Shown here piece by piece: positions 26,131 to 39,200 of a stretch of DNA of 64,000 nucleotides. Position 1 is the first letter of the stretch; the number at the start of each line of letters is the position of its first letter. Below the pieces are notes generated by a model. That model was not told the origin of the DNA. It saw nothing but the letters and a program-made list of their open reading frames with translations, and did not search any database. The translations under genes and the position numbers were made by a program. This DNA is from the human T2T-CHM13v2.0 reference genome, Homo sapiens, in assembly GCF_009914755.1 (NCBI RefSeq), contig NC_060926.1. One strand, given 5' to 3'.

Positions 26131-26434
26131 GATATCTGTTACATATCCTAGAGTATTGACACTAGACAAAAAAACCAAATTGCAGAGTTTTATAAATCAT
26201 AAGGTTCCAAAAGTGAGGTATTAATAAGGATGATGATGATGGTTGAAATAGACACTGTGACAATACCTGTGGTGCCCAACTTCTCCCCTTAGACTAGCCT
26301 CCCTTGCTCATAGCAGAACAGCTCTTCCAAGTATTACTTTATCCCATTCCCTCTGGCCAGAGACGATTAGACCAGTAATCTACAACAGGCCTATCAGATT
26401 GCTTCTCTACAATATATGGTTACTCAACAATTGG

Positions 26435-27098
26435 TTTCCACTGTTGGCTCTGGTAGACTAGACTTGCATCAAACTAACCTTCTCACCAAGAGCAGCTAGA
26501 TGGGCTAAAATACCAAACAAAAAAATTAAAATGAAATGAAAGAGCTACCAAGATTCAAACACCCAAGGACTAAGATACTGGAGATAAGGAAAAGAAAGCA
26601 CAGAAATTAGCCTGACAGTTGGCAATACCTTTCTCATTGAGGCATTTTAACTATCAGCTAAGAGGCTGAAAAGCTGAGAAGAGCTTTCTGCTGCTGAGAC
26701 AAAAAAAAAAAAAAATCAAAGTTCAGGGCCCGCCAAGAATAAGGGTCCTAAAAACACCCCAAACATCTGGTTAGAATCACTGAAAGTCTTCACCCTAAGA
26801 ATAAGAGGTAACTAGAAATAAGCAATCTCTGTAAAGACTTAAACACAAATTTGAATTAGTTCAATCTAGATTGGATTAAGATAATTAGTCTCTATACTAA
26901 CAGCTAATGTGTGAGCATAAGAAGCAAAAGCATATTCTCTCTGGGGGGTGATAACATCATCCAGACCCTCAAATGATCTCTTCAATTTTTCACATACAAT
27001 GCTCAGCATTCAGCAAGAGACCATTTAACCAAACCAAGAAAAGAAAATATATCAGACAATAGAAATAAACCTCAGGAGATCTAGATAATGGAGTTAGT
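26435..27098 (+). mobile_element. Old L1M (L1ME-type) 5' region fragment
   Basis: AAAGTTCAGGGCC..ATAACATCATCCAG..CAGACAATAGAAATAAACC..AGATAATGGAGTTAG resembles the L1ME 5' UTR/ORF1 start. Confidence 0.55.
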
Positions 27099-29494
27099 CA
27101 TTTACTCACCAATTTACTGCATACCTACTAAAGATCATGAGCTTAGCTAGGCAATGAGAATACACTGATGAGAAAAATAGTTACGGTTCCTGCCTTCATG
27201 GAGCTTATAGTCTGGTGGGAGAGATCAATAATAATCTTTCATAGGAATTAAGATAAAGAGTCGGTGAGAGTCCATCAGATGGTGACAGGCATGGAACTGT
27301 GGGATCATATAAAGTCGTGGGCATAGAAACAAGAGCCTTACAAAGAAAGCTGACCTGCCAAAGAGGAGCATGAAATATATTCACAGAAAATAAGCAAAGA
27401 GGAAACAATATGCAGGCCCAGAGAGAGACACAGAGAGAGAGAGTGAGACAGCAGCTTCCTAGTGGCATTCTAGTTCCTGGGAAGCCCAGGCACATTTCTC
27501 ATGACTGGTGCCATGAAATTGGTCCTATACCCTTTTAATCAGCACTATTTTGACTGGAGCTTCCCTAAGTAAATTTCTTTTCCTTGTAACAGATATGATC
27601 TCTGACAAAGACAGGAGTCATTTATGTGACCTGGGAACTATTATGATAACTGTCATAGAGCCAAAAAGGGAAAAGATATAAATTAAATCTGTCAGATTAG
27701 CTTATTGTTAATTTCATCTGATTACACTGGAAAACAGTACACATACGTGGTCAGACTTACACAGTGTAGTCATATGCCAATAGTGTGAAGCAATTAGAAG
27801 GAACAGCAGGCACCAAGCAGTGGTGATTCTGTGTCCAAACACAAACAAGATTGCCTCCAAAGAAGTCAGTTACCTGCTTGACAAGTAAAAATCTAAATGC
27901 AGCGTTTAAACAAGTTATATTATATTGCATTCCTTGATCAAATCATAAAATATGTCCCTAGTGTTTTTAGCCATGTAGTTGTCCTTTGTCTGGAAGTATT
28001 TTATTGTATTTCATCTGTGCAAATCCCTATCTTTTGCTTCTCCTCCTGCCACCTGTGGCTTCAATTAGAAGACCCCTCCGTCCAAACTTCGTGTATTCAA
28101 AGCTGTCTAGGAAGACAGTGGTACACAAAGGCACACAGGGCAAAGGCACATGAAGGCACAGGGATGCAGAAGAGAGATGTGCAGAAAGGTGGAATGGGAT
28201 TTGGGGGTTATCAAAGCCACACCAAAACTAATTTAAAAGTAATATAAGAAAAAGGACAGTAAGCAACTGGCCATGTTTAAATTTCAAGAGGCAGAATTTC
28301 AGCACTCTCTTGAAACCATGACCAAATATCCTGTGATGATGGCAATTATATTTTCTCCTCGCTCATTGTAGCTTGTTTGAAGCAGGCCAGCTTATATTTA
28401 TTTACAGGTTCATATCTGGCTCCCCTGTACACATACACCTACAAACATATAATTCATAAATTTTAATCAGCAGTAAGAAAAAGAAGGAAGAAAGGGGAAA
28501 AAGAAGCAAATGTCTTCTGTTGGCTCATTCAGCGTAGCACAGTTTGAAATTTCACCCATAAATATGTCAGTTTCTTTTTTCCCCATCCAAATCCACAAAA
28601 AAAAAAAATGAAACAAAAGAAGCAAGCCTTTCTAAATAAAATGAGCTAAAATTAGCAAGCGTCAAAGATGATGCCAGTTGCCCAAGGCAACAAATGTTTG
28701 ATGGATGGAATAATTAAGATCGACGGTAAACTAATCTCTGTTCCTTTATTGAAAACAAAGTCCCCTGAATCAATTAGCCTTGTCATGGACACCTTTTGTA
28801 AAACAGCCATGACATCCTGACCATTTCTCTTTGTTTATGGATTTGCCCACACTTCAATAAGTGCAGGGGCTGATTTCAAAAGCACAACAGATAACAATGG
28901 AGGATTCTGATACATTAGGCATTGCACAAGCAGAGTCACTGTCCTTGAAAAAATATAAATGTCATAGACAAAGTAGTCGCAGAAGATTTCAGGTATTCTC
29001 AAAGACATATCGTCAAAGTTTTGCTCTTAATAAAGTCTAAAAACCTTTTACACAGGGCAAACATGTACCTGTTAGGATGGAGATCGAGTGGCCTACCCTC
29101 ATAAATGATGGAGTTGGGAGACCAAACGGTCATACTGGGGCTTGTACTCACATGGTCATTTTGGGCTCTGAGACAAAAAGAGAAAGCCAAGAAGCTAAAA
29201 GAGACAAAAGGAAAATATTTCTAGAAAAGAGGGTAGGAGGGGGTGCTAACATTCTACACCACACACACCAACTGCAGCTACTGCAGTCATCTCCCTCAAG
29301 TTAGGGAATAAATCGAAAATATTAGAGATGGCCAAGCAGAACTGTGCCCTGGCTTCGAGTGCTTTCGTGACCTGAATTAAAGCAATGGTTGCTATGGTCA
29401 CATAAGAATCTGAGGGACTCCTACAGCTAATCAAAGGGCTTGGGGCAGAGTGTTATGATTTAAACATAAAACCATTTTTGAGTTGTTTTTATAG

Positions 29495-29827
<333 letters not shown>

Positions 29828-29879
29828 TCCTGCTTCTTTTTAAGTGCAGCAAAAGAAAGTCATCTAATGTTTATTTGAT

Positions 29880-30140
29880 AATATAGGCTCTTGGAGTGCT
29901 TTGGAAGCATTACTTCTGAATATCCTGGTTGGATAAGTTTATAAAATACTGGTTTAAACAAAGTTTAAAGGCTTTCTTTCCTGCAGAACATTTCAGAGCC
30001 TTTAATGTGAGTATGTGAATTGAAAATAGAGTTGGGAAGTGCTCCAGTACATAGTGTTTCCAAATTTTTGGAGCATAAAATCTTTTTTTCACAAATATGT
30101 CATGGGACAATTATTTCACAAAATACACTTCTAGAATCCT
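29880..30140. mobile_element. MER103C-like hAT-Charlie MITE
   Basis: GGTTTAAACAAAGTTT..TTTCTTTCCTGCAGAACATTTCAGAGCCTTTAAT..GTTTCCAAA. Confidence 0.6.
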
Positions 30141-31245
30141 GTTTTATGTCCTATTTTAGAACATAAATACAAATGTAAAAGGTGCATGAGATTAGGCTGA
30201 ATAGATACGACTTAAGGATATGTCTTGTAAACTGCCCTTTAAAAATTTATATACCAGTTTCACTATAGTGGTGAGAGGAAGGAGAATGGAGTTATTCGAT
30301 AAAGTTACTTGCCGTTTTATCCTAAAATAGCCAGATGCCAAAAATAAAAGCTCAGCAACTTAGGATATTGAATTACTTGATTGCTTTTTTTAAATAAGAC
30401 TTCATTGTAACAGTAATAACACAGGAAAATGTTTATATGTAAACATATTCATTCCATGAATGTATCTTGCAATTTTTGTTTGTGATATTTTTATCACACT
30501 GCTCTAAGATGAAAAGATAAAGCTCACAGACATCAAAACTAAAACCAAGTAATCCTGACTTGCTCCAAAAAGTTGGCATCTGTCACAAATGTGCTAACCC
30601 AGGTCATATGTAATACATCATTATTTTTGAGGTGAGAAAATACCTAGCAAATCACAAGAGTGGGGTGAAGTAAGCTGGGGCCATTTCACCTCCCACAGAG
30701 AATGATAAAAGAGAATAATAATAGGTTTTGCCTCATTGTAGAAGATCAGACCCTTTAAAATTGTCACCGATGGAAGTAGATTGTTCCACTTAATTTTTTA
30801 AAATAAACATTTATTTTATGCAGATTTTAAAAGTAATATAGGAAGCCTGGAAGTCACAGGACATTATTAAGAGACACAAAACTAAACTAGAATCAAAAGT
30901 TTGCCATCCACTCTGAGCATATTGGTGTCTGTACCTTTGAATGCCTATTATTTTGCAGAGTTAGATCACACTGTGTATCTTTGTATCCTATTTGTTTCCT
31001 TCATTTACTGATGATCTGAGGCATTTTCCCATGTCTTAAAAGCTCTTGGAAAACATCATTTGAAATGCCTGTTATGGTTTCAAGCCATTGATACGCCCAT
31101 TACAAGGCTGGGCGCAGTGTTTACACAATCCCAGCACTTTGGGAGGCCGAGGAGAGCAGATCACTTGAGGTCAGGAGTTAGAGACCAACCTGGCCAACAT
31201 GGTGAAACCCCATCTCTACTAAAGATACAAAAATCAGACCGGGCG

Positions 31246-31560
<315 letters not shown>

Positions 31561-31567
31561 AAAATCA

Positions 31568-31960
<393 letters not shown>

Positions 31961-33240
31961 TTAGCCGGGCATGATGGTGCGTGTCTATAATCCCAGCTAC
32001 TCAGAGGACTGAGGCACAAGAATCACTTGGAACTGGGAAACAGAGGCTGCAGTGAGCCGAGATAGTGCCATTGCACTCCAGCCTGGTCACCAGAGCAAGA
32101 CTGTCTCAAAAAGAAAACAACAACAACAACAACAACAACAAAATGCCCATTACAGACAGCATTTAGCAACATGTGGCTCTATTTTCCTTCCCTCCTGAGA
32201 CCTCACCCTGGTGGAACCTTCTTGGCCACACAGCTACCACCTGCTGTCAGTAGACAGGCTTTGGAAGCAAGACTGTTGAATATTCACTATACAGAAATAA
32301 GCCTTTTCTTCTCCATGGTCAATTTCACAGGCCAAAGCTGCAGCTTTCTTTCCAATTGAAATGTAAAAGTTACCCTTAGGCCTAAAGCACTGTTTGCTTT
32401 TGCCAAACTCACCAAATGCAGGAATCATCTGTCCAGTGGCACAAGGCAGAAATGGCTGAACCTCCCCTCTGAGCACTGTGATATGACCAAGCCTCAATGC
32501 TGCAGGAAGCATGGCTGCTGGAGAAATCAGTGAATCACAAGGTAGAGTTTTACTACCGGCAAGTGTATGTGCCTCCGGCCATTTAAAGTCCCTCTTTGTA
32601 AATAAATACATCCAATGGTGAAAAGAAAATGAGTCTTCTTATATTTTTTTCACGGGATATGGGTCCCATGAGAAGTAATACAAAAATTCTATTATCAGTA
32701 TAGGCAGTGGTAGGGAAGCTTCCACTAACCATTCAAAATGCTGTCCATTAACTAGGATGGGGCCATCTGTTGGAGAGAGAGGGCAGTTCACGTTGAGTGG
32801 CTATTCCTCCTTCCTGGTGGGCTATGGCTGGAAACTTCCAAATGCCTTTTCCTGGGGTCAGGACAAGCCATCGGTAGGAAATAACTTTGAATCACTACTC
32901 ATGTGGGCTGGATATGAACCAGCCCCCTACAAAGGCCAATTTCCACAGAACAGCACTAAACTCCAGGCCCTGCCAGCTGCCCACAGCCCAGGCTGCTGAC
33001 ACTTTTATTTGCTGGCATTTACAATGTTGCAGCCGCCGAGTCCTGCTAATGTGGCTGCTTCCAACACAGCTCTTAGGCAAAGATTACTTTGCAAGGAAGG
33101 CAAAAGGATGCTTCTCTGGGGTAAGGGACCTCTACCAGTCCTGTTCATGCTGAAGGGAACTGCATTGTCTCAAAAGCAAAGCAAAAGCTGAAAACTGGCT
33201 AGTCTTCGAGTATTTTTTGCTTTACAAAGAATGCGATTAT

Positions 33241-33242
<2 letters not shown>

Positions 33243-33273
<31 letters not shown>

Positions 33274-33280
33274 CACACAC
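33243..33280 (+). repeat. (CA)n microsatellite, interrupted
   Basis: (CA)14 followed by CT(AC)4. Confidence 0.95.
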
Positions 33281-33764
33281 CTGTTAAGGTGCTTATCATT
33301 ATTTTTTTCCTTCTACCTGTAATGAAGAAGAGAAACTTGCCATTTAAAACTACATCTGCCTTCTAAAGACAATGGTCCTATTAAATGGAAGGTGGGCATC
33401 TGCAAAGGCTGGCCATGGCCCAGTCATTGGGCTGAACTTTATACACATAAAGATGGATGTGGAGTCCAGTTTGGAAGGAAACATGGAGCAGTAGAGCTTA
33501 AATTCACTGTATTAGAGACAGAGGGAAGAATCTGGCTGCCATTGTGAGAGAGAGGTGCAGAGGTATAGATTATGGATGAGCAAAAGCAGAGGAGAGAGCG
33601 AGTGCTGGAGAAAAATCCTGATGGTGGGATGGACAAGAGGGCATTTCCCACAGAAATGTCTTCACTTACTTGCTGTGAGATAATCTTGGGACCTGCAAAC
33701 CTTCAGTGAAAATGCTGCTAAGTGCAATAGCTTCATGGATATGCTATAGTTGACTGAGAGAGCT

Positions 33765-33990
33765 AAAATTTATTGAGACCTACTATATCTTAAACTCTTT
33801 GTACTTTATACATATGAACAAATTGAATCATTGCAAAGTACGATGAGGTAGTGCTATTATTATCATTATCACAATCATTTCCATTTCACAAATGAGGAAA
33901 CTGAGACAGAGAGAAGTTGGCAAGCTAGTAAATGGCGCGATCAGGGAGGAGAGATACTTGACCTTAGATGGTAGGGTTCCAGGGCTACAT
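33765..33990 (-). mobile_element. MIR SINE
   Basis: ATTTATTGAGACCTACTAT..CCATTTCACAAATGAGGAAACTGAGACAGAGAG. Confidence 0.7.
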
Positions 33991-34179
33991 CCTATACCAC
34001 TGCAGTGAACTGCACCATACTAAATTAAGGGACAATAACAATTCATTGCAAAGGGGAAATTGGGGCCAGAAATGATAAGTCCTTAGAGACCGTCAAAACA
34101 CCTTAGAAAGGTCATTGGTCCCCAGATCTTATTGGGTAGGATGATCCTAGCTTTGCGTTACATACGCTTCTTTTCATGA

Positions 34180-35020
34180 GTCATTGATTCAACATATATT
34201 TAATATACCTCCTACAAGGTGACTGGCACTGCATTTGGCATGAAAAAAACTTGAACAGGGCAGGCTTGGCTCTTGCCCCCATAGAGCTTACAGCCTAAAA
34301 AAGAAATAGACAGATGGAAAGTCCATGCCAATATAATATAAACATGTTATGATAAAGTATAGTGTGCTTTAGAAATACACATATACTTGGAAGGCCAAGC
34401 AAGCAAGGCTTTGGGGTGGGAGGGTGGCGGGAACTAAATTGGGCCCTAAAAACTAAATCAGAATCAGCCAAGAGGAAGGAGGACAGAGAGAATTCTAGGC
34501 AAAAGAACCAGCAGGTATAAAGACCCAGAAGCAAGATAGGCCACAGTTTGGTAGAGCTGGAACCATTCAGGAGACAAATGAAAAAGAAATACATTTAGAT
34601 AGGTAAGCTGGGTCTGGATTGTACATGCCACATAAAGAAGTCAGAGTTTATTATAGGGCTGATGAAAAACCATTATAGGGTTTTGTGGAAAAGAGGATAT
34701 GATTTATTCAGGCATTTGACAAATATTTATTGAGCACCTACTAAGTGCCAGGCACTGCTGTGGATGCTTGATATAAATCAATGAAAAAATCAAAGATCCC
34801 AGCTTCACATGAGGGATACGGGGGGAAACAACAATTAAACATAAGAAGTAAATTATGTAGAATGTTAGAAGGTGATAGAACTATAAAAAATAAAAAGCAA
34901 TGAAGGGCAAGTGGATTGGTAGTGAAGATGGGTGAGGTGAGCATAGACAGATGCAATTTTAAATGAAGATGTCAGGGGCAGGCAGGCCTGATGCAAAAGA
35001 TGATAGCAAAGATCTGAAGG
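34180..35020 (-). mobile_element. Two adjacent L2 3' fragments (~34180-34700 and ~34705-35020)
   Basis: TCATTGATTCAACATATATTT.. and ATTTGACAAATATTTATTGAGCACCTACTAAGTGCCAGGCACTG are reverse-strand L2 termini. Confidence 0.7.
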
Positions 35021-36765
35021 ATTTTATTGTTGGTCTCTCTGCTACTCACAATCAACAGGCAAACAGATGATTAGATAGTCAAAGTGAAACCATTTCACAT
35101 GTGCTTTATGCCCACAGAGTCTTCCCTACTTGACTTGGAGTCTTATTTTAATTCAGAAGCATAAACACTTTACGTCTTAGATTCTAAATTCTAGAGTCTA
35201 GTGAATAACCAAAAGTGAAATTTAGCTCTAATCTTGAGTATTTTCATAAGCTACTAATATCATATGTCCCTGCCTTTAACTACTTGAAAGCTTTATACCC
35301 CTGTAGCTTCATGTCCATCTCTTTTGAAACACAGCAGGTTAAAAATATTTGATTTACATTTATTTTTTCCTATGGCCATCCAAAAGACTTGCTTTCCACT
35401 GGAAGACACAAGCAACCATATTTGGTCAATTTGGTTTCTTTCTTTCCTTTTGTTTTTTTTTGTTTGTTTGTTTTCTGAGTTTATAATCGTCAGGAACAAC
35501 TGTGTGCATTGCCAATGCCTTCCCCAAAACTAACAGGGTTCTAACATACAAAACATCTATTCTGCTTCTAAATTTGCTTTTAATTATATTACAAGATGGA
35601 AAAAGAAATGCCTTAGCTGTTAACACTGGCTCCGTGGGGCCAACAGTAGACATAGAGCAGACACGAGGAAATACTTCAAAAACAATTTTTTTTTAGTTTG
35701 CCATGATTTAATAGCAGATATTCCTGGCTTTGAGTGAACTCTGCAATATCCCTGTGCGACAGGATAAATGATCGTCTACCACTATTAATTTTAGGTCATA
35801 ATGTCTGAAATGCCGCTTCAAAAATAAATGCAGTATTTTCACTTTATTTGGTCAGGTAAATACTAAACTATTTTGTCATAATAACTTTACAACATTGTGT
35901 TTCACTTTGTCTTGCCTTGACTGCTGAAGGTAATAGGGACCATTTTATTATGTCCATAAATTGAGTCAATTGACTTATCCTTATATCCTGTTTCCTGAAC
36001 TTAACGAGAGATTCTGCATCATTAGGAAAACACACCATCCTGCAGCAGGATCAAAAGCAAAGGAAGCCTGATAATAAGTCACTTTGATTTCAGGGAATGT
36101 TCACCAGGCAAACTTTCAATATTCTGGCAGAAGTAAAACAAATAACTGGCTTTGCAAAGCATGGTTTGCTCAGAACTGTGCTTAGGCTGGAAACATCCCA
36201 GAAGGTTCCACACACACTAAAGAAAAAAAAAATCACTCTCTCTGAATATGAGCCACTTTTAATGAATCTACAGATTAAGTGGTTTAACATACCTATCAAA
36301 GAGCACAAATCAAATTATTAAATATTTTTGCAAGAAAGTTTTAAAAGGGTTTTTTTGCAGTCATAGTTTTAAAAACTAAGACAATCACAATCATATTCTC
36401 AAATTACAGCTTATTGTGAGAAATGAAGGCTCATGTTAAAGTCTAACTATTCCTGGCTTATGAGTTCTGAAAACTGGGTTTTTGAATTTTTGGTTTTGGT
36501 TTTTTGTTTGGGTATTTTTGTTTCAGTTTGGTTTGGGGGTTTATTTTATTGTTGTGTTTGTTTGTTTGTTTGCTTTCTGAAGTTCTCTGACCCCAGCATG
36601 GTGCCTGGTACATGGCTCAATAAATAGTTTTGTTGTGGCATTGTATTAGCCATGACAATGGCAAAGATGGTAAGGTCCCACATACTGCATTCATTCGAGG
36701 ATCAGGACCCAGCCCACAAATACCACAAATACCAGTGACAATGATGATAAGCAATAATGATTTTA

Positions 36766-36877
36766 GACCAAGCCATGCCTGTAATCCCAGCAACATGGGA
36801 GGCTGAGGCAAGAGGATCACTTGAGGCCAGGAGTTCAAGACCAGCCTGGGCAACATAGTGAAACCCCCATATGTCCA

Positions 36878-36910
<33 letters not shown>

Positions 36911-37070
36911 CCAGGTATGGTAGCACAGACTTGTGGTCATAGCTACTCTGGAGCTGAGGCAGGAGGATCCCTTGAGCCCAGGAGTTCGAGGTTATAGTGA
37001 ACTATGATTGCGCCACTGCACTCGAACCTGAGTGACAGAGTGAGACCCTGTCTCAAAAAACAAACAAAAA
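36766..37070 (+). mobile_element. AluJ (Jo-like) with an A29 middle linker, inserted in a MIR
   Basis: GAGGATCACTTGAGGCCAGG and GAGGATCCCTTGAGCCCAGGAGTTCGAGG. TSD-like GATTTTA flanks. Confidence 0.92.
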
Positions 37071-38254
37071 GATTTTAAATAATAGTTGTCACAGGTTGAA
37101 CATCTGTGTTGTGCTGAACATTCATCATGGATCACTTCATTTAATCCTCCTCATAACACTGCGATCACTTAGGTACTACAATTATTATTATTACTACAAT
37201 ACTACAGATGAATAAAACATAGCATGAAGAAGTTAAATGTTGTGCCCCAGGTTCATGTAGCAGCTAAGTGGTGTCTGGTTCCAAAGCCTGAACTCCTAAA
37301 CACTCCTCTACATGGGAAGCCAGGGTCCAAGTCTCACAGGCAGTTATCCATAGCAGGCTCTCCAGCCAGAGACCCAGACAGCCAGGGGAGGCTGGTAGGA
37401 AATGAGCAAAGACTCTACATGTGCCAAAGAGCTCATGACAATGGGCAAGGTTGAGCTGAGAGGCAGGTCTCCTGTCTAAGTTAATTGGGCTTATTAGAAA
37501 CCATACCCCTAGCACCTATATTTTGGACTCTCTATCCCCCTGCACGTCTCTCAGCTGCTGGGACTGTATGAAGACTCTTCTCAAGAGCTATTGGAACTCA
37601 GTCCTCATTACCTTAGAGAATTCCCAGATTGTCCCTCAGACATCAAGACTAAAGAATTTTAAGATCTCCAGCTTGATTATAACAAACATGACTAGCATAA
37701 CTACTCTCTAAACTACTGCTCAAAATGCTTAAGTGCTGAGGACCCAATTCAATTCCATTGAGACTGGGCAATCCTCAGGCAGTTCCACCGGACAGCAAGC
37801 CCAGGAGCAAAAATATAGAAGCCAACGATACAGAAATCAGGCTATAGTTACATGAGCCAAGTAAGTTAAAGAACTGAGTGATTTTTAGTGAATTTAATTC
37901 ATATCATAGATCATGAAGGTACATAATAATTATTCCCATTCTCCACCATACAGATATGAAAGTAAGAATCACCCAGTGCTCTGTTAGAGCTATGCAAAGT
38001 GAGTGAAGAGTTATAAGCCTGAATATGTCTGTGAGGAGTCCAACTATATTAATAAATTATTAGCCATTGTCCAATTATGACAGTGGCATGATCTGACCTC
38101 TGCCAACTCTCCAGCTTCATCTTGTTCTTCCTCACTCCCCTTCACTCACTGCTCTCCAGCCATATAGGCCCTGTCTGTGTCCATGCAGGACTATGCATCT
38201 ATTGTTCAGTCTGGTGTGGCCCTCCCCACTTACCCTCATTGCCTGGATAACCCT

Positions 38255-39200
38255 TTTTATATTTTCAGGTACACATGGCAGCAACCCAAACTTAAGTGGC
38301 TCACACAATGAGGAACACATCTTAAAGTCTTTCTTTCTTTCTTCTTCTTTTTTTTTTTTTTTTTTGTTGAGACAGGATTTCACTGTTGCCCATGCTGGAG
38401 TGCAGTGGTGTGATCTTGGCTCACTGTGGCTGACGCCTCCCAGGCTCAGTCCTCCCACCTCAGACTCCTGAGTAGCTAGGACTACAGGCACAAACCACCA
38501 TGCCTGGCTAGTTTTTAAATTTTTTGTAGAGACAAGGTCTCACTCTGTTGCCCAGACTGGTCTTGAACTCCTGGACTCAAGTGATCCTCTTGCCTCAGCC
38601 TGCCAAAGTACTGGTATTACAAGCGTGATACCAGCACTTTGTAATATCACACTGGTATTACAAGCGTGAGCCAACACGCCCAGCCCACATCTAAAAATCT
38701 AAAGCTAGGGATGTTCCACGGCTGACATCTACAGTTAAGGAAGCCAGCAGGAACCCAGATTCTTTCCATTTTTCTACTCTGCCTTTGGTGAATGGAAATT
38801 GTCTTCAAGTGAGTTCCACTCAAGGATATCAGATGTGACAACATTGAGAGGCAGAAAGGGCCACATCTTCCTTACAAAGAGTGAGGAAACCTTTCCCAAA
38901 AGCCATATCATAGACTTTCCTTGGGTCTCAATGGCCAAAATTGTAATATATCTTAACCAATCACATGTTCTAACCTAGCACATGCTTAAACCAATCAATT
39001 GCAAGGGACTAAGACCACCATGATTGACTCAGATCAATCAGGACACCTATCCCAGGACTGCCTCCCTTGAAGCACATGGCTAGAGGAAGGTGGACACCTG
39101 AAAAGCAAAAGCAGAGGGAGGCACGGGATGGTCCTCTAATGAAGGAAGAGGGAAGGGAAACGAATATTTGATGAGTAATCTATAAAGTCTGTTGCAAACA
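38255..39200 (-). mobile_element. MLT1K/L-like MaLR LTR, interrupted by an Alu and flanked by L2 sequence
   Basis: GGAACCCAGATTCTTTCCAT..GGAAACCTTTCCCAAAAGCC..TAAACCAATCA..ATGATTGACTCAGATCAATCAGG. Confidence 0.6.
38331..38685 (-). mobile_element. AluJ with an internal rearrangement near its 5' end
   Basis: Poly(T) and a J-type body. 15-bp TSD CACATCTTAAAGTCT / CACATCTAAAAATCT. Confidence 0.92.
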
